NCBI RefSeq assembly: GCF_009834535.1
Contig: NC_045707.1
Coordinates: forward strand, 45,572,001 to 45,636,000
DNA: 64,000 nt
Reading direction: 5' to 3'
DNA from: Camelus ferus
Lineage: Eukaryota
The position numbers and the translations under genes were made by a program. Below, piece by piece: positions 1 to 11,571 of the stretch. Below the pieces are notes generated by a model. That model was given only the letters and a program-made list of their open reading frames with translations. It was not told the origin of the DNA and did not search any database. How positions within the stretch are numbered: position 1 is the first letter of the stretch; each line of letters starts with the position of its first letter.

Positions 1-604
1 CCACCAAAAAAGAGAAGTATTTTTCTCAGTAAGTTTCTAATAGCACACATTATTCACACACACACACAAAAAAAAATCACAAGAATAGGCATGATACATC
101 TTGGAAAAGTGACCCATTTAGGAGTATTCTTAAGCCAGAAACAGCAAAATGGTGGGAAAGGCAAGTTTCAGGATGCTGAATCCTAGAAACTATGCCAGGA
201 GAATTTTCTGAGGGCCAAGAAAAGACAGTGAATCAGCCGGTCCAGCTGTGAGAATGCAGCTGTGAGACTGCTGAAGAAAATGATGAGAAAATGATGAAGT
301 AGAAAGCAAGCTCATAAAATGGACACACCACCAAGCTGAGAGCAGTTTCAGCACACTGGAGGACAAAATCAGTATTTAGTATAACTCTGGCAAGTTAAAG
401 ACTTGGGTCTAAGAAATAGAAAAGAAAAACTTTCATCAAGACCAGTCACAAATTAGTATGAAGAGTCTATACAACCAACATAGGGCTGAAGTTGAATGGC
501 AGTGTGTTGAACAAGGTGGACCTTCTAATGGAGGGTTTATACTATGTGGAAATTACCTTGTTCAATTAATTCATTTTACAGATGAAAAAAGTCTTGCAGA
601 GAGA

Positions 605-1145
605 GTATGTTTTCAATTATCTCTTGCTATTTAACAAATTACCATGAAAAACAGTGGCTTTAAAAAGCTGTTTATTTGCCTACAATTCTGCAGTTTGGGC
701 AAGGCTTGGCAAGGATAGCTTGTCATTGCTCCATGTGGCTTCAGATGGGGTGGCACAACTACGACTAGAGAATCAATCTACTTCCAAGATGGCCTCACTC
801 ACAGGCAGTCAAGTTGGTGTAGCTGGCATGGTCAGCTAGGGCTGTTGGCCAGGGATTTGGTCTCCTTCACATGGCCTCTCCATGTGGCTAGGCTGGGCTT
901 GTGGAGAGGCCATGTGGAGGACAACTGCTCACAGCACAGCAGTCTCAGGCTAGATATATTACATGGCATTTGGCTTCATCCCAGAAAGCTGCTAGGTCTT
1001 CTTAAGACTTAAGCCTAGAATGAGCACAGTGTCACCTCCTCTGCATTCTATGGGTTAAAGTAGGTCTCAGGGCCAGCCCAGAGTCAAGAGGAAAATACCA
1101 CACAGGGGCATGACTATCAGAAGTCATGGTTCAACATACCACAGA
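605..1145 (-). mobile_element. MaLR solo LTR (MLT1-type, old subfamily)
   Basis: Begins with the reverse complement of the MLT1 3' end (TTATCTCTTGCTATTTAACAAATTACC...CAGTGGCTTTAAAA). Typical internal motifs CTTCCAAGATGGCCTCACTCACA and GGCCAGCCCAGAGTCAAG. Confidence 0.8.
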
Positions 1146-1863
1146 AGAGATGTGACTTGTGCAAAGTTAATTCTATATTACTATCAATTAGAGGAAAAAT
1201 TGACTCTAATATGTCAATATAGTAAAAAATAGGGGAAAAAAAAGAATTGTTTTGCATGGTCAACATAGGGGGAAAAAAGAGAAAAAGAAGAAAAAGGAAA
1301 ATAGGCAGAAATAGTCAAACAATGATCCTATTATAAGAACCATGTTCAAATCTCAACTTCACAATTTAAAAGAAACCTGGAAATTTGGAGATAAGTCTGA
1401 GGAAAGCAGAATTATGACTGGAGGCTAGGAAATAAAATTTATGATGAAATTTTTAAACAATAATACAACCTGGAGAAAAGAAGATGGGAAAGTGACTTAA
1501 TAATGATCCTCAAAGCCTATATATGAATATTCACCATCAATTTCTATTCTCAAGGAAGATGTCTATTTAAATTGATTATATAAGATTCAGGTTGAAATAA
1601 CTTCCTGGAAGAGATGAGGGACTGAAAAAAAAAAAGGAAGGCATAAATTTTTCTTTCTATGTGGGAAAATTTTCTCTGTTCTGGACAAAAAGGAACCCTC
1701 TATGATGATGCCTTCATGTGAAGCTGTGAAGTTCCTTGGGGGTGATGAAGCAAGCTCTCTATAGATCAATCATCTATACCTTCCCGCCTGTGTAATTATT
1801 AACCCTTTTTATGCCCCTGTCTCTGCTTCCTGCCCTAAATCCTACCTACATCAAAGGTTTCTT

Positions 1864-2066
1864 GGGGAAGGATATAGTTCAAGTCGTAGAGCGTGTGCTT
1901 AGCATGCACGAGGTCCTGGGTTCAATCCCCAGTACCTCCATCAAAAAACTACATAAATAAACCTAATGACCTCCCTCTGCAAAAAAAAAAAAAAAAAAGG
2001 AAGAAGAAGGAGAAGAAGAAGAAATTTTTTAAAATAATAAATAAATAAATAAACAAACAAACAAAC
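1864..2066 (+). mobile_element. tRNA-Ala-derived SINE (camelid Vic-1-like)
   Basis: tRNA-Ala(AGC)-like head with B box GGTTCAATCC, then AAATAAAACCTAATGACCTCCC body and A-rich tail. Flanking direct repeat GTTTCTTG. Confidence 0.88.
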
Positions 2067-3309
2067 AATGTTTCTTGAGGGCTATACCTTGATCTTCTTT
2101 TCCCATTGACTGCAACTTGTTCTTAACAGAATATATGCAGAATATATAAAGTTTTTAGATACCTTTGCCCATGCTAACTGATTGGATGCTAAGCACGATT
2201 TAAATAACTGTCCACTTATTCAATTCAATTGATAGTCACTGCACTGACTCTGCTAGGCACTATACTATATGCAATGATATACTGTGGTCAGCAAAATATA
2301 GTTTCTATCCCTATACTATGGTAAAAATGCTGCATGTATATATCATTCTTGAAGGAAAAGTATAGGATAATATAAGAGGCTAGGGGAACTATTATAGAAT
2401 AGTAAGTAAGTATGATTACAGGTTGTGGAGTTGGACTGACTGCAAGTTTCTTAATTTAAACACTTAAGTTTTTTGATTTGTAAAATGGAAATAATAGAAT
2501 ATATCTCATAAAATTGTTTCAAAATATAACCTTGGTATAATGTCAGTGTACATTGGACCCTTTTTTTTAAATTTCTTTTTTGAGCAGTTCTATTCGTAAG
2601 AATTAATTTTTCTTAGAGGTTTTCCTCTAAGAAGATTGACTTTTACTTTATTTCAGAGGTCTTCAAAGAAAATAAAGAGAAATTTTGCTTTTTTATTTTT
2701 TAGGCTAAAACTCATTATATCTTGCAGTTACCATACAGATCCAATGGACCCTTTAAAATCTAAGATAAACTATGAAATCTTAGAGATCTTATTTTTCTCA
2801 CATTTTGAATTATTTTGCTATGTAATCATCCTCGAAATTAGTTCATTACTGATCAATTATTCTCAACTGTGAGTTTTTAAAGAATAAAATAATAAGTAAT
2901 TGAAGAATTATTAAGTTACCTAGAATTACATGCAATAGTAAAATAAGTCACCACTAATATGCCATTCTTCAGTCTCCTATTGTACTGAACAAAGTACTAA
3001 ATCATCTTTCAAGAAGGTATAAAGAACATAGGAAAAACTATGTCTTTTGTTAAGGATTTTTTAACACAGTTGAAGAGATTCTAGTGCACAAGTCAAATTT
3101 TAGAAACGAGAGTTCAGAGAGGGGAAAATAATACTTCATGTGGTATGCATGACAACAGAAAAAACAGTAAATAAACTATTAAGGTATAGGAAACTCTCCC
3201 CTTGATTATTTTGAAATCCTTCCAATCCTGGGCTGTGCTGGGTTCACAGTATGTTTTCAGTAAGCAATTAACTGAGAGAAATGGACTCAAATCAGTTCTT
3301 CATGTTAGT

Positions 3310-3540
3310 AAAGTGGAATGATTAAAAGTATGAATCTTATAGTCCAGTTATCCTAGGTTCTAATTCCTATGCTAGCATTTGACTAAATGTTTGGCCATAA
3401 TCAGCTTAATTTTCTCATCTTCAGTTTCATCATCTGTAAAAGAGACAATAAAAGTATCTACCTTAGAAGATTAATATGATACTTACATGAGATAACACAG
3501 GTAAACTACTTGGTAAAGTACTCAGTAAGTGTTAGTCTCT
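3310..3540 (+). mobile_element. MIR SINE
   Basis: MIR core TCAGTTTCATCATCTGTAAAA...ATAAAAGTATCTACCTTA and 3' end ACTCAGTAAGTGTTAG. Confidence 0.7.
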
Positions 3541-4089
3541 ATTTTTTTCCCAGTTAACAGGTATTTTTCATCAGCATAGCGGTCAAATGTACAAAACCAA
3601 ATGTCAACAGCATTAACATAATAGTCTCATGTGACTATTTTTTTCCTAGAACAGAAGTCAATTTTTCACTTATTGTTATGATTTATGATGGGATTACATT
3701 TGTCGAGGGAATGAATTTAAAATCTGGACCTAGCTTTTTTCTCAATAAACCAGGAAAGAGCGTTCCTTAGGAATCAAAGAATAACACTGAATTATAGATT
3801 ATAAAATGAAAAGGAAGGAATAAAATTCCCCTTAACATGTGAAAGGGATTAGCACTCATACCAGAGGAAAACAACCTAAAATTTAAAACTTTTTCAGAAT
3901 AAACTTGATATAATGTATGCTCAACAGAAATGTTATAATATTCTTTTCCACTTGTGCTAACTCTTCTTCATGCTTAAAAAAAAAACAAAGCTTGGGAAAT
4001 AATGCCATGTTGTTTTCAAGACATCTGCCAACTAGGTGAAAATAATAATAAAGGTATCAATAATTATGATAATAATGACAACCATTGGT

Positions 4090-4355
4090 CCATATCCAAT
4101 GACTAGTTGATGTGGGAGTATAAAGACTTAGCCATCTAAGGCCAACTTAGGACAACCCTGAAGGGCCACTGTAGCTAAAGAGCTCTTTGTGGAGTCGGCT
4201 GAGACTATGGTTTGTGCGCATCACAGCTGGACTTACCCCTCTGCTTACTTCCCCATGTTTCAGTAAGTTTTGATCCCAAGGGAACAGCTTAATTAACATC
4301 CTACATACTAAGCTGTGTCTCACAGTCTGCTGCCTGGGGAACCCAACTTGCAATG
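4090..4355 (+). mobile_element. ERVL-class LTR fragment (LTR16-like)
   Basis: GGACAACCCTGAAGGGCCA...TTGATCCCAAG...CTCACAGTCTGCTGCCTGGGGAACCCAAC resembles the LTR16 3' end. Confidence 0.65.
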
Positions 4356-4919
4356 CTGCAAGCACACTACCAATAAAAAGCCATCTTTATTCACAAAAAA
4401 TCTCTCACATCTTCAATAATTTGTGTTACTAAATTTTGTTATTGTAAAATATGGAATCTAAAACAATTACATTAGTCTTATTCCGCATACTTGCATAGCC
4501 TGCAGGTTGGAGGGAAGATAGTCATAATATAGCTGTGCTTTGACACACAGAGCATTGCATTAGTTCTAGCATACAGTTGAAGGTGAATATTGGGAAACAA
4601 AAATGTGTCAGGCTGATAACTGATCCTCTTACCCAAATTAAAATCAAAATAAAGAAAAGTAAGACCTTCCTCTGGAATAAAGGAGAAACATCAGAAATAC
4701 ATTCTTATTGGGAAAATTTAACTACAGACATCAAAATAAAATTAAAAGGAAAGATACACCACTTTCCTCACCTCAACCCCTGTCCCATTCCCCAGAGGTA
4801 ATCACTGTTGGTTTGGTGTGCATTAATCCCAGACCTTTTTCCATGACTACTCTTTTATAGATGTGTATATGTTTGAATACAAATTTTCAATAAAAATGGA
4901 ATTTACTCTGTGTGTTGCT

Positions 4920-5081
4920 CAGCAACCCACTTTATGGAAGGTAATCTGCTTTACTCAAACTACTGACTTAAATGTTAATCACATCTAAAAAATATCTTCA
5001 TAGCAACATCTAAACTGGTACTTGACCAAACATCTGGGCACCATAGACTAGCCAAGTTGATACATAAAGTTAATCATCACA
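4920..5081 (-). mobile_element. MLT2-type LTR (partial 3' LTR of ERVL provirus)
   Basis: Ends AGCCAAGTTGATACATAAAGTTAATCATCACA, the reverse complement of the MLT2 5' end, and abuts ERVL internal sequence. Confidence 0.82.
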
Positions 5082-5145
5082 CTTCCACCTCTTGTCAATT
5101 TGGCACTCTAAGCCACACTTAATATCTAAATAGAAATAATAACAA

Positions 5146-5528
5146 ATATCTTAGTTCAGGCTGCCATAACAAAGTACCATAGATTGGGTGGCTTATAAAC
5201 AACAGAAATTTACTTCTCACAGTTCTGAAGTTTAGAAGTCTGAGATCAGGGTGCCAAGCATGCTCAAGTCTGGTGAGACTGCTCTTCTGGCAACTCTTCT
5301 GGTTATAGACTGCTGATTTCTTGTATCCTCACATAGCGGGAAGTAGGGAAGGGAAGGAAGCTCTCTTATGACTCTTATAAGGACACTAATCCCATTCCTG
5401 AGGGTTCTGTCATCTTGACCCCATCTAATCCTACCTCCCAAAGGCCCCATCTCCCAATACCATCTCACTGGGGAGGCAGGGTTTCAACATATGAATTTTG
5501 GGAGGACACAAACATTCAATACATAACA
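5146..5528 (-). mobile_element. MLT1A/B-type solo LTR nested in ERVL
   Basis: CTTAGTTCAGGCTGCCATAACAAAGTACCATAGATTGGGTGGCTTATAAACAACAGAAATTTA...CAACATATGAATTTTGGGAGGACACAAACATTCA. Confidence 0.85.
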
Positions 5529-7545
5529 ATAAGGTTATACTTCCACCTAACATGGTACAACTATCCTTCATTGAACTGAAAAAGCACTAACCCTTTCTCC
5601 AGAAGAAGAAGATACAAAGTCCTTCAGTGATGTTCACTCTTATTAATATTGTATAAATTGAATATTAGGATGTAAAGTCAATATATCTTATGTTATATGA
5701 TAAAAGGATAAGAGAGGGAAGAAAAACAAAGATATTAACTAAGAATACACACACACATATTCCTAAAAATAAGGAAGAAATACTCGTAACAATCACAGTT
5801 CTTGTTATGCTGTGTGGTCAGAGTTGGTATTTATAACACATTCTTCGACTCCCTATTCTGTATTTCCTTTGTATTCTGCAAGTACTTCAGCTGGCCATGG
5901 TTCTTTACCAGATGAATAACTCAAACCCATTCCTAAAGGGTCTGGGTCATTACTAGTCCTGCCTGAATTGGGTTTTTGTACTTTTCCATCAACTTTGATC
6001 TCAGGACATGGTAAAATAAGAGACACTCTAAGAGATCTCCTGTATTCCACACATACCCTTCCTTACCTCCATTGTGAAGTAGTGGTCCAATTTCCCTTTG
6101 GTCATCAAGATCAATCTCCCAGTCAGTACAGTAACTCCTTTCTTTGCCTGTTTAGAGGCATGAGGAGCCCAAACAGGCTAGGTTGCAGTCTTAACTTTCA
6201 ATTCAATGGATTCATTGTTGTGTCTCCTGGTAAAGGCATTCTTCCATTTAAAACTAAGACCTTTAGGCCAGCAGAATATGAGGTCACAAGGACAGGAAGA
6301 AAAAATTTTGCTAATGGCTCACTACGGGAACTAGCAAACGGTGTCACTCTCATTTCCACCCCATGAATCTTGGCTATGGGAGAACAGCAGAATGTACAGA
6401 GCATATAGAGGCTACTGGATAACCCTGTCCTAGTCCTACAAGATATTGCCACCTAGTTAGCACAATAACTGAGCCTTCAAAAGGCCATTCCACCATTCTA
6501 TGAAGCCAGCTGCTTCAGGATGATGGGAAACATGATAAAACCAGTGAATTCCACAAGCATGGCCCATTGTCACACTCCATCTGTTGTAAATTGAGTTCCT
6601 TGATCAGAAGCAATGCTGTGTGGAATACCGTGACAGTGGATAAAGTATTCTATAAGTCTATGAACGATATTTTTGGCTGACGCATTGCATGCAAGGAAGG
6701 CAAATCCAAACCCAGCATGTCTATTCCACTAAGTGCAAATTACTGCCCCTTCCATGATGGAAGTGGTCCAGTATAATTAATCTGCCAGCAGGTAGTTGGC
6801 TGATCCCCCCAGGGAATGATGCCATATCAGGGACTCAGTGTAGGTCTCTACTATTATCAGATTGAGCACTCTGCAGTGGCCATAGCCAGATCAGCTGTGC
6901 TGAGTACAAGTCTATGTCACTGAGTCCAAGCATAACCTCCATCCCTGCCACTATGGCCACTTTGTTCATGAGCCCATTGGGCAATGACAAAGGTGGCTGG
7001 GGAAAGAGGCTGACTGGTCTCCACAGAATGGGTCATTCTATCTACTTGATTATTAAAAACCTCCTCTACTGAGGACATACTTTGCTAAACGGCCACATAA
7101 GACCAAATAACATCATACTTTTTCAATCATTCAGAGAAGTCTATCCACATACTTATTCCCCAAATTTCTTTGTCATCATTTTTCTAATCGTGGTCCTTCC
7201 AAGTCTCTGACCATCCCATCAAGCCATTGGCCACAGCCCATGAATAGTGCATAATCATACATCTGGCCATTTTTCCTTCCAAGAAAAATGAACAAGCAGG
7301 TGTGCCGCTTAATATTCTGTCCACTGGGAGAATTTCCTTCCATCATTATCCTTCAGGGATGTCCCAATAGGGGCTATAGTACTGTAGCTGTCCATTTTTA
7401 AGTGGCACCTGCATATTGTTCAGAATCATCTATAAACCAGGCCTGAGATTTCTCTTTCCCTGTCAACTGATTAAAGGGAAATCCCCATGAGGCCATATGC
7501 ATAGGCTGAGAGAAGGAAGATAAAGTAGTAGGAATGGGAATCCTT
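5529..7545 (-). mobile_element. Decayed ERVL internal region (pol RNase H, integrase, dUTPase remnants)
   Basis: Minus-strand peptides LILPCPEIKVDGKVQKPNSGRT...PAEVLAEYKGNTE, PLAKFFLPV...PGDTTMNPLN and GIHWFYHVSHHPEAAGFIEWWNGLL resemble ERVL Pol; many stops and frameshifts. Confidence 0.88.
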
Positions 7546-7743
7546 TAACATTCATCATTCATACTATAACTCTAGCTCATTAATATCCATAAAAGTTAGA
7601 TAATAGGAATAGAAAATAAAATATTAACTGTGGCAACTCTGAAACAAACAAAAATGCATCAAAATATTCAAACAACAATTTTGAAATCTATTACAGGTAT
7701 CCTTTACCACTCAGAAAAGGAACTAATGAAATTCAAGAGAGAA

Positions 7744-7746
<3 letters not shown>

Positions 7747-7785
<39 letters not shown>
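7747..7785. repeat. (GT)n microsatellite, about 19 units
   Basis: Directly visible perfect repeat. Confidence 0.98.
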
Positions 7786-7788
<3 letters not shown>

Positions 7789-8023
7789 CTACATTAACAC
7801 TTGAACAACCCATTGGTTAGGGGTGCTGACACTCTGTGCAGTAGAAAAGCTACATATAACTAATAGCCCTCAGTATCCAACATTCCTCTGTATCTGCAGT
7901 TCTACATCTGTGGATTCAACCAACCTCAGATTGCGAAGTACTGTAATATTTAGTTGTTGAAAAAAATCCATGTGTAAGTGGACCCACGAAGTTCAAAACT
8001 GTGTTGTTCAAGGGTCAACTGTA
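7789..8023 (+). mobile_element. Tigger-derived MITE (MER8-like)
   Basis: Imperfect TIRs CATTAACACTTGAACAAC...GTTGTTCAAGGGTCAACTG with TA at both flanks. Confidence 0.8.
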
Positions 8024-9149
8024 CGTATTTTATCACTTGTTTATATTATTGAGCTAAGACTTAAACCAATGTAGGAGCAATTATTTTCACCAACAATTTT
8101 GAAGTGGATTACCAATTACTGTCATGTAATGAATTTTGAATAACCGTTAGAATAAAGTCCAACTTATTTAAAATTCTTCTGTTAGCTGCAAGCACAGCTC
8201 CACAAATTACCTACTTGATCAGTTAGGTATTTAGTATTCTCTAATGATTGTTTCCATCCAAGGAGATGATCCAATCTTAAGGATAATTATTTTTTTAAAT
8301 GCACTGCAACTTCAACAGAAGTTTTATGCATAATAACACATCTTTTCTACCTTTGCCAAACTAGTGATCTTAACAATTTATACTTTATAAGTCAAAGAAA
8401 CTCACTCCATTCTAGCCAAGACTATGATTTTTTCAGTTTCTTTTATGAAGGACTTCATACTTCAAATTTTATACTTCATACTTTAAGTTTCATATTTTAG
8501 CAGCTGGTTATATTTCATTTGACTGAACTGAAAATAGCCATCTCATACATGGACAACTAAAAAGTGTATCTCTATTTACAATTCATTGAGTTAGTAGAGA
8601 TTTCACCTCTCACACAGCAAAAACTTCAAGCAAGGTGCTTTAAATCTTTGTCAATTTCAAAAGAAACCAAACTCCAAGCTAGACAGGGTTTCTTCTTTGG
8701 TGGGCCTTCTGCAAGCAGAGGCTGATTGTTACTCACAAAACCTTACAAGTGAACTAGCTTGTGAAAAATTGCTCCACATTTTTAAAACATAGCTTAAATT
8801 CCATTATCTGAGATTTTATTGGAGTCTTTAAATCCTTTCAGTCTTCTAAAAAAAAAAAATCTCTTAAAATACAAATTCCTGGGAGAGTTAATCCCTTAAG
8901 CCAAGAGAGCAGCTATCGTCTTTGTTAAATAATTTAGAAATGAGATGCAGGATTTGGGCAAGGAGATAAAATCAAGAGAGGAGAGGGCCAGAAAGCCAAA
9001 AATAATTTTTTGACCTATTTTACAATTGTACCAATCACCAACCCTCATAAGAATTCAGGTAATAAATGAATCATAAATATAAGCCCATACTAAATTAGAC
9101 TTGAATATGAATTTATCTTCTAAAATATTTCTAAATATCAATCTGATAA

Positions 9150-9715
9150 CTCTAGATAATACCTTATTTATAGATAGCTCTTCTCTTAGATCCACTCTCA
9201 AAAACATAAGCTCACAATATATTCCTAGGAGTAGAATTGTTATGTCATAGGATATGAGTACCATCAACTTAACTTGATAATGCAAACTAATTTACAAAGA
9301 AGCAGTTTGCCAATTTACACTGCCACTATAAGTCTATGAGAGATCCAGCTGCTCTTTATCCAGGCCAACCCTTGATATTGTCAAACGTACTAATTTTTGC
9401 AAGTCTGGTGTGTGTGTAAAGGCATCCCACTAATCTACATAGCCCTGAGGCTATGAAATGAAGTTGAGCACCTTTTTCATAAATTTTATCAACCATCTGG
9501 ATATCCTTTATTGTGAAACAGTGCAATGCCCTTCACATGTTTTGCTCTTTTTCTATCGGGTTGTCTTCTTTCTTTCTTTCTTTTGCAAAAGTTTTCTTCC
9601 ATTCTGTGTCTAGTCTTTTCTGTTTTTTTATGTTGTCTTTTGACATAATTTTACTGTAGTCAATTTTTCCCTTTATGTTTAGTAATTTTTGTGACTTGTT
9701 TAATGTCATTTAACC
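9150..9715 (-). mobile_element. Old L1 fragment (ORF2 end)
   Basis: ATATTCCTAGGAGTAGAATTG, CCAATTTACACTGCCAC and GAAGTTGAGCACCTTTTTCATA are typical antisense L1M motifs. Confidence 0.7.
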
Positions 9716-9719
9716 CTTG

Positions 9720-9797
9720 AGGTATATGTGTGACTGAACTATTATGCTGTACACCAGAAACTGACACAACATTGTAAACTGACTATACTTCAAAAAT
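9720..9797 (+). mobile_element. Short 5'-truncated younger L1 3' end
   Basis: TATGCTGTACACCAGAAACTGACACAACATTGTAAACTGACTATACTTCAAAAA, typical laurasiatherian L1 terminus. Confidence 0.75.
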
Positions 9798-11489
9798 ACA
9801 TATATTGAATCAAAATTTGACCAATCCTTATTTTTTCCATTTACTGAACAAAATTGAACTTGGAGGGCCCTTCGAGAAGAAGCCCGATCCTTCTTCCTCC
9901 TCTTGACTTTTCTAGTTTTGCCTTCTTCAGACTAAACAACACTAAGATTCTTTCATTCTTCCTTGATGTCCTAATTTCATGTCCTCTCATCATCCTAGCT
10001 CTTGTGAAATAAGGGGCTGATATTCTGAATTATAAAATTGACCAACAGAAAGTAGAAAATACTGTCACCTTCCTTACCTCAGATATAATACCTTCATTAG
10101 TGTATTTACTTTTTTAAAAGCCACTTTCCACTGCTATTTTTGCATGTCATCTACGACTAGCCTTAATAATGACATAAAATTGAATGTTTATTTGTTAACA
10201 CTATCAAATAGAACTCTATTCCTATTTAAAAAGTGATTGAGTCTAGTATTTCTATAGTTCTCTCATTCTTAAAAAATAACGTCAATTATGTTGTTTATGT
10301 ACTTAGAAATTATCCCAAATGGTTCAAAACACACACACACACACAGAGTTTTTGAGAGAAAATAGAATCACTTCTAGTATAACATGTATCTAAGAGACTT
10401 TTATATTTCACCCTTTAACATGTAAAGGTAGATATTCTTTGGTCACTTTGTTTTCTTAACTAATCTTTTTTTTTAAGTGGAATAAGGAAAATTCTGTTTC
10501 TCTGTTTATTCACAGCTCTCAGCATGTGAATGGGACATTAGAAAGATTTTTTTTCTAGCATAGCCAGTTATAATTTTGAAGTCTTTATTCAATTGTAGAG
10601 GGTTTTTTCTTTTTAAGGAATTATGACTGATGATTTAAAAAACTCAATTATTCCTAGCAAAATTCCATTATCTCATTTCCCAAGGGTTACTAGTGAGTTC
10701 TGCCCCACCAGCCAGGATATACAAGAACTCTGTTTTAAAGCAGTCCCACATGAATGCCTGTTTCTCCCTTATATTCTCCGTGACTGGGAATCACCTCTCT
10801 CAAAAACACAATGCCATGCTGAATGTGCATTTCTCATTAAAATGTGACCTGTTACCAGGCTGGTATCTGTGCTCCTCATTCAATTAACTCTTTAGCCAAA
10901 TTCACAGCCACATATTTTGGACATTCTTCTAGCCTAAAGCTGCACCCAGAGCATCTGTTCTGTGCAAAAGATTAATGGAAAAAAAATATGTGTGCAGGTC
11001 AGGGCCAGCATAGTGATTGCACATCCCCCTTCTGGTGCTTTATCAGCCCACAAAATGTCTGAGACAACTATCAGATACGTGGAGTATGGCTTACTCTAAA
11101 TCTTAAAATTTTTAAATTTATAGATGGGAAGGCAGTGACAAAAAAATCTTAGAGAACATTTCCTTTCTTTCTGTTTTAGCTCTTGGTCATTTGATAACCT
11201 CTTAGGGTTTTTAATATTAGACTCTTAAAGAAAGTCCTTTCCTTGAGATATTCTACTATAATCAAGAATCTAAGAAAATTTTGAAGGGGCAGAGATTTCC
11301 CACAAGTAGAAAGAACAAGGAAAATACTATTTTAAATCTTAAAATTAAGGGGAAAAAAGCTTATATACATTTGCTTTTACCTGGAAATTTCTTTTTCTCT
11401 TTTCTCTATATTATCTCTAAAAAAAATAAATAAATGTAACTGATTCTGGGAAGCAGAACTTAACACATACTTTTTTAAAATGTATTTTT

Positions 11490-11571
11490 AAAATATAGAT
11501 GTTATTGTATAGTTTATTGTGCAGGAATTATACTACAATAAGGGTGTTAAAAAATAAAATAAAATATAGAT
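11490..11571 (+). mobile_element. About 60-bp L1 3'-end insertion with 11-bp TSD
   Basis: AAAATATAGAT at 11490-11500 and 11561-11571 flanks AATTATACTACAATAAGGGTGTTAAAAAA. Confidence 0.65.

Noticed and set aside
1864..1940. Apparent tRNA-Ala(AGC) gene ending in CCA, and the four similar heads
   Set aside because: Followed by SINE body, poly(A) and TSD, with broken stems; these are SINE heads, not tRNA genes.
5968..6366. 132-aa plus-strand ORF
   Set aside because: Antisense to decayed ERVL pol.
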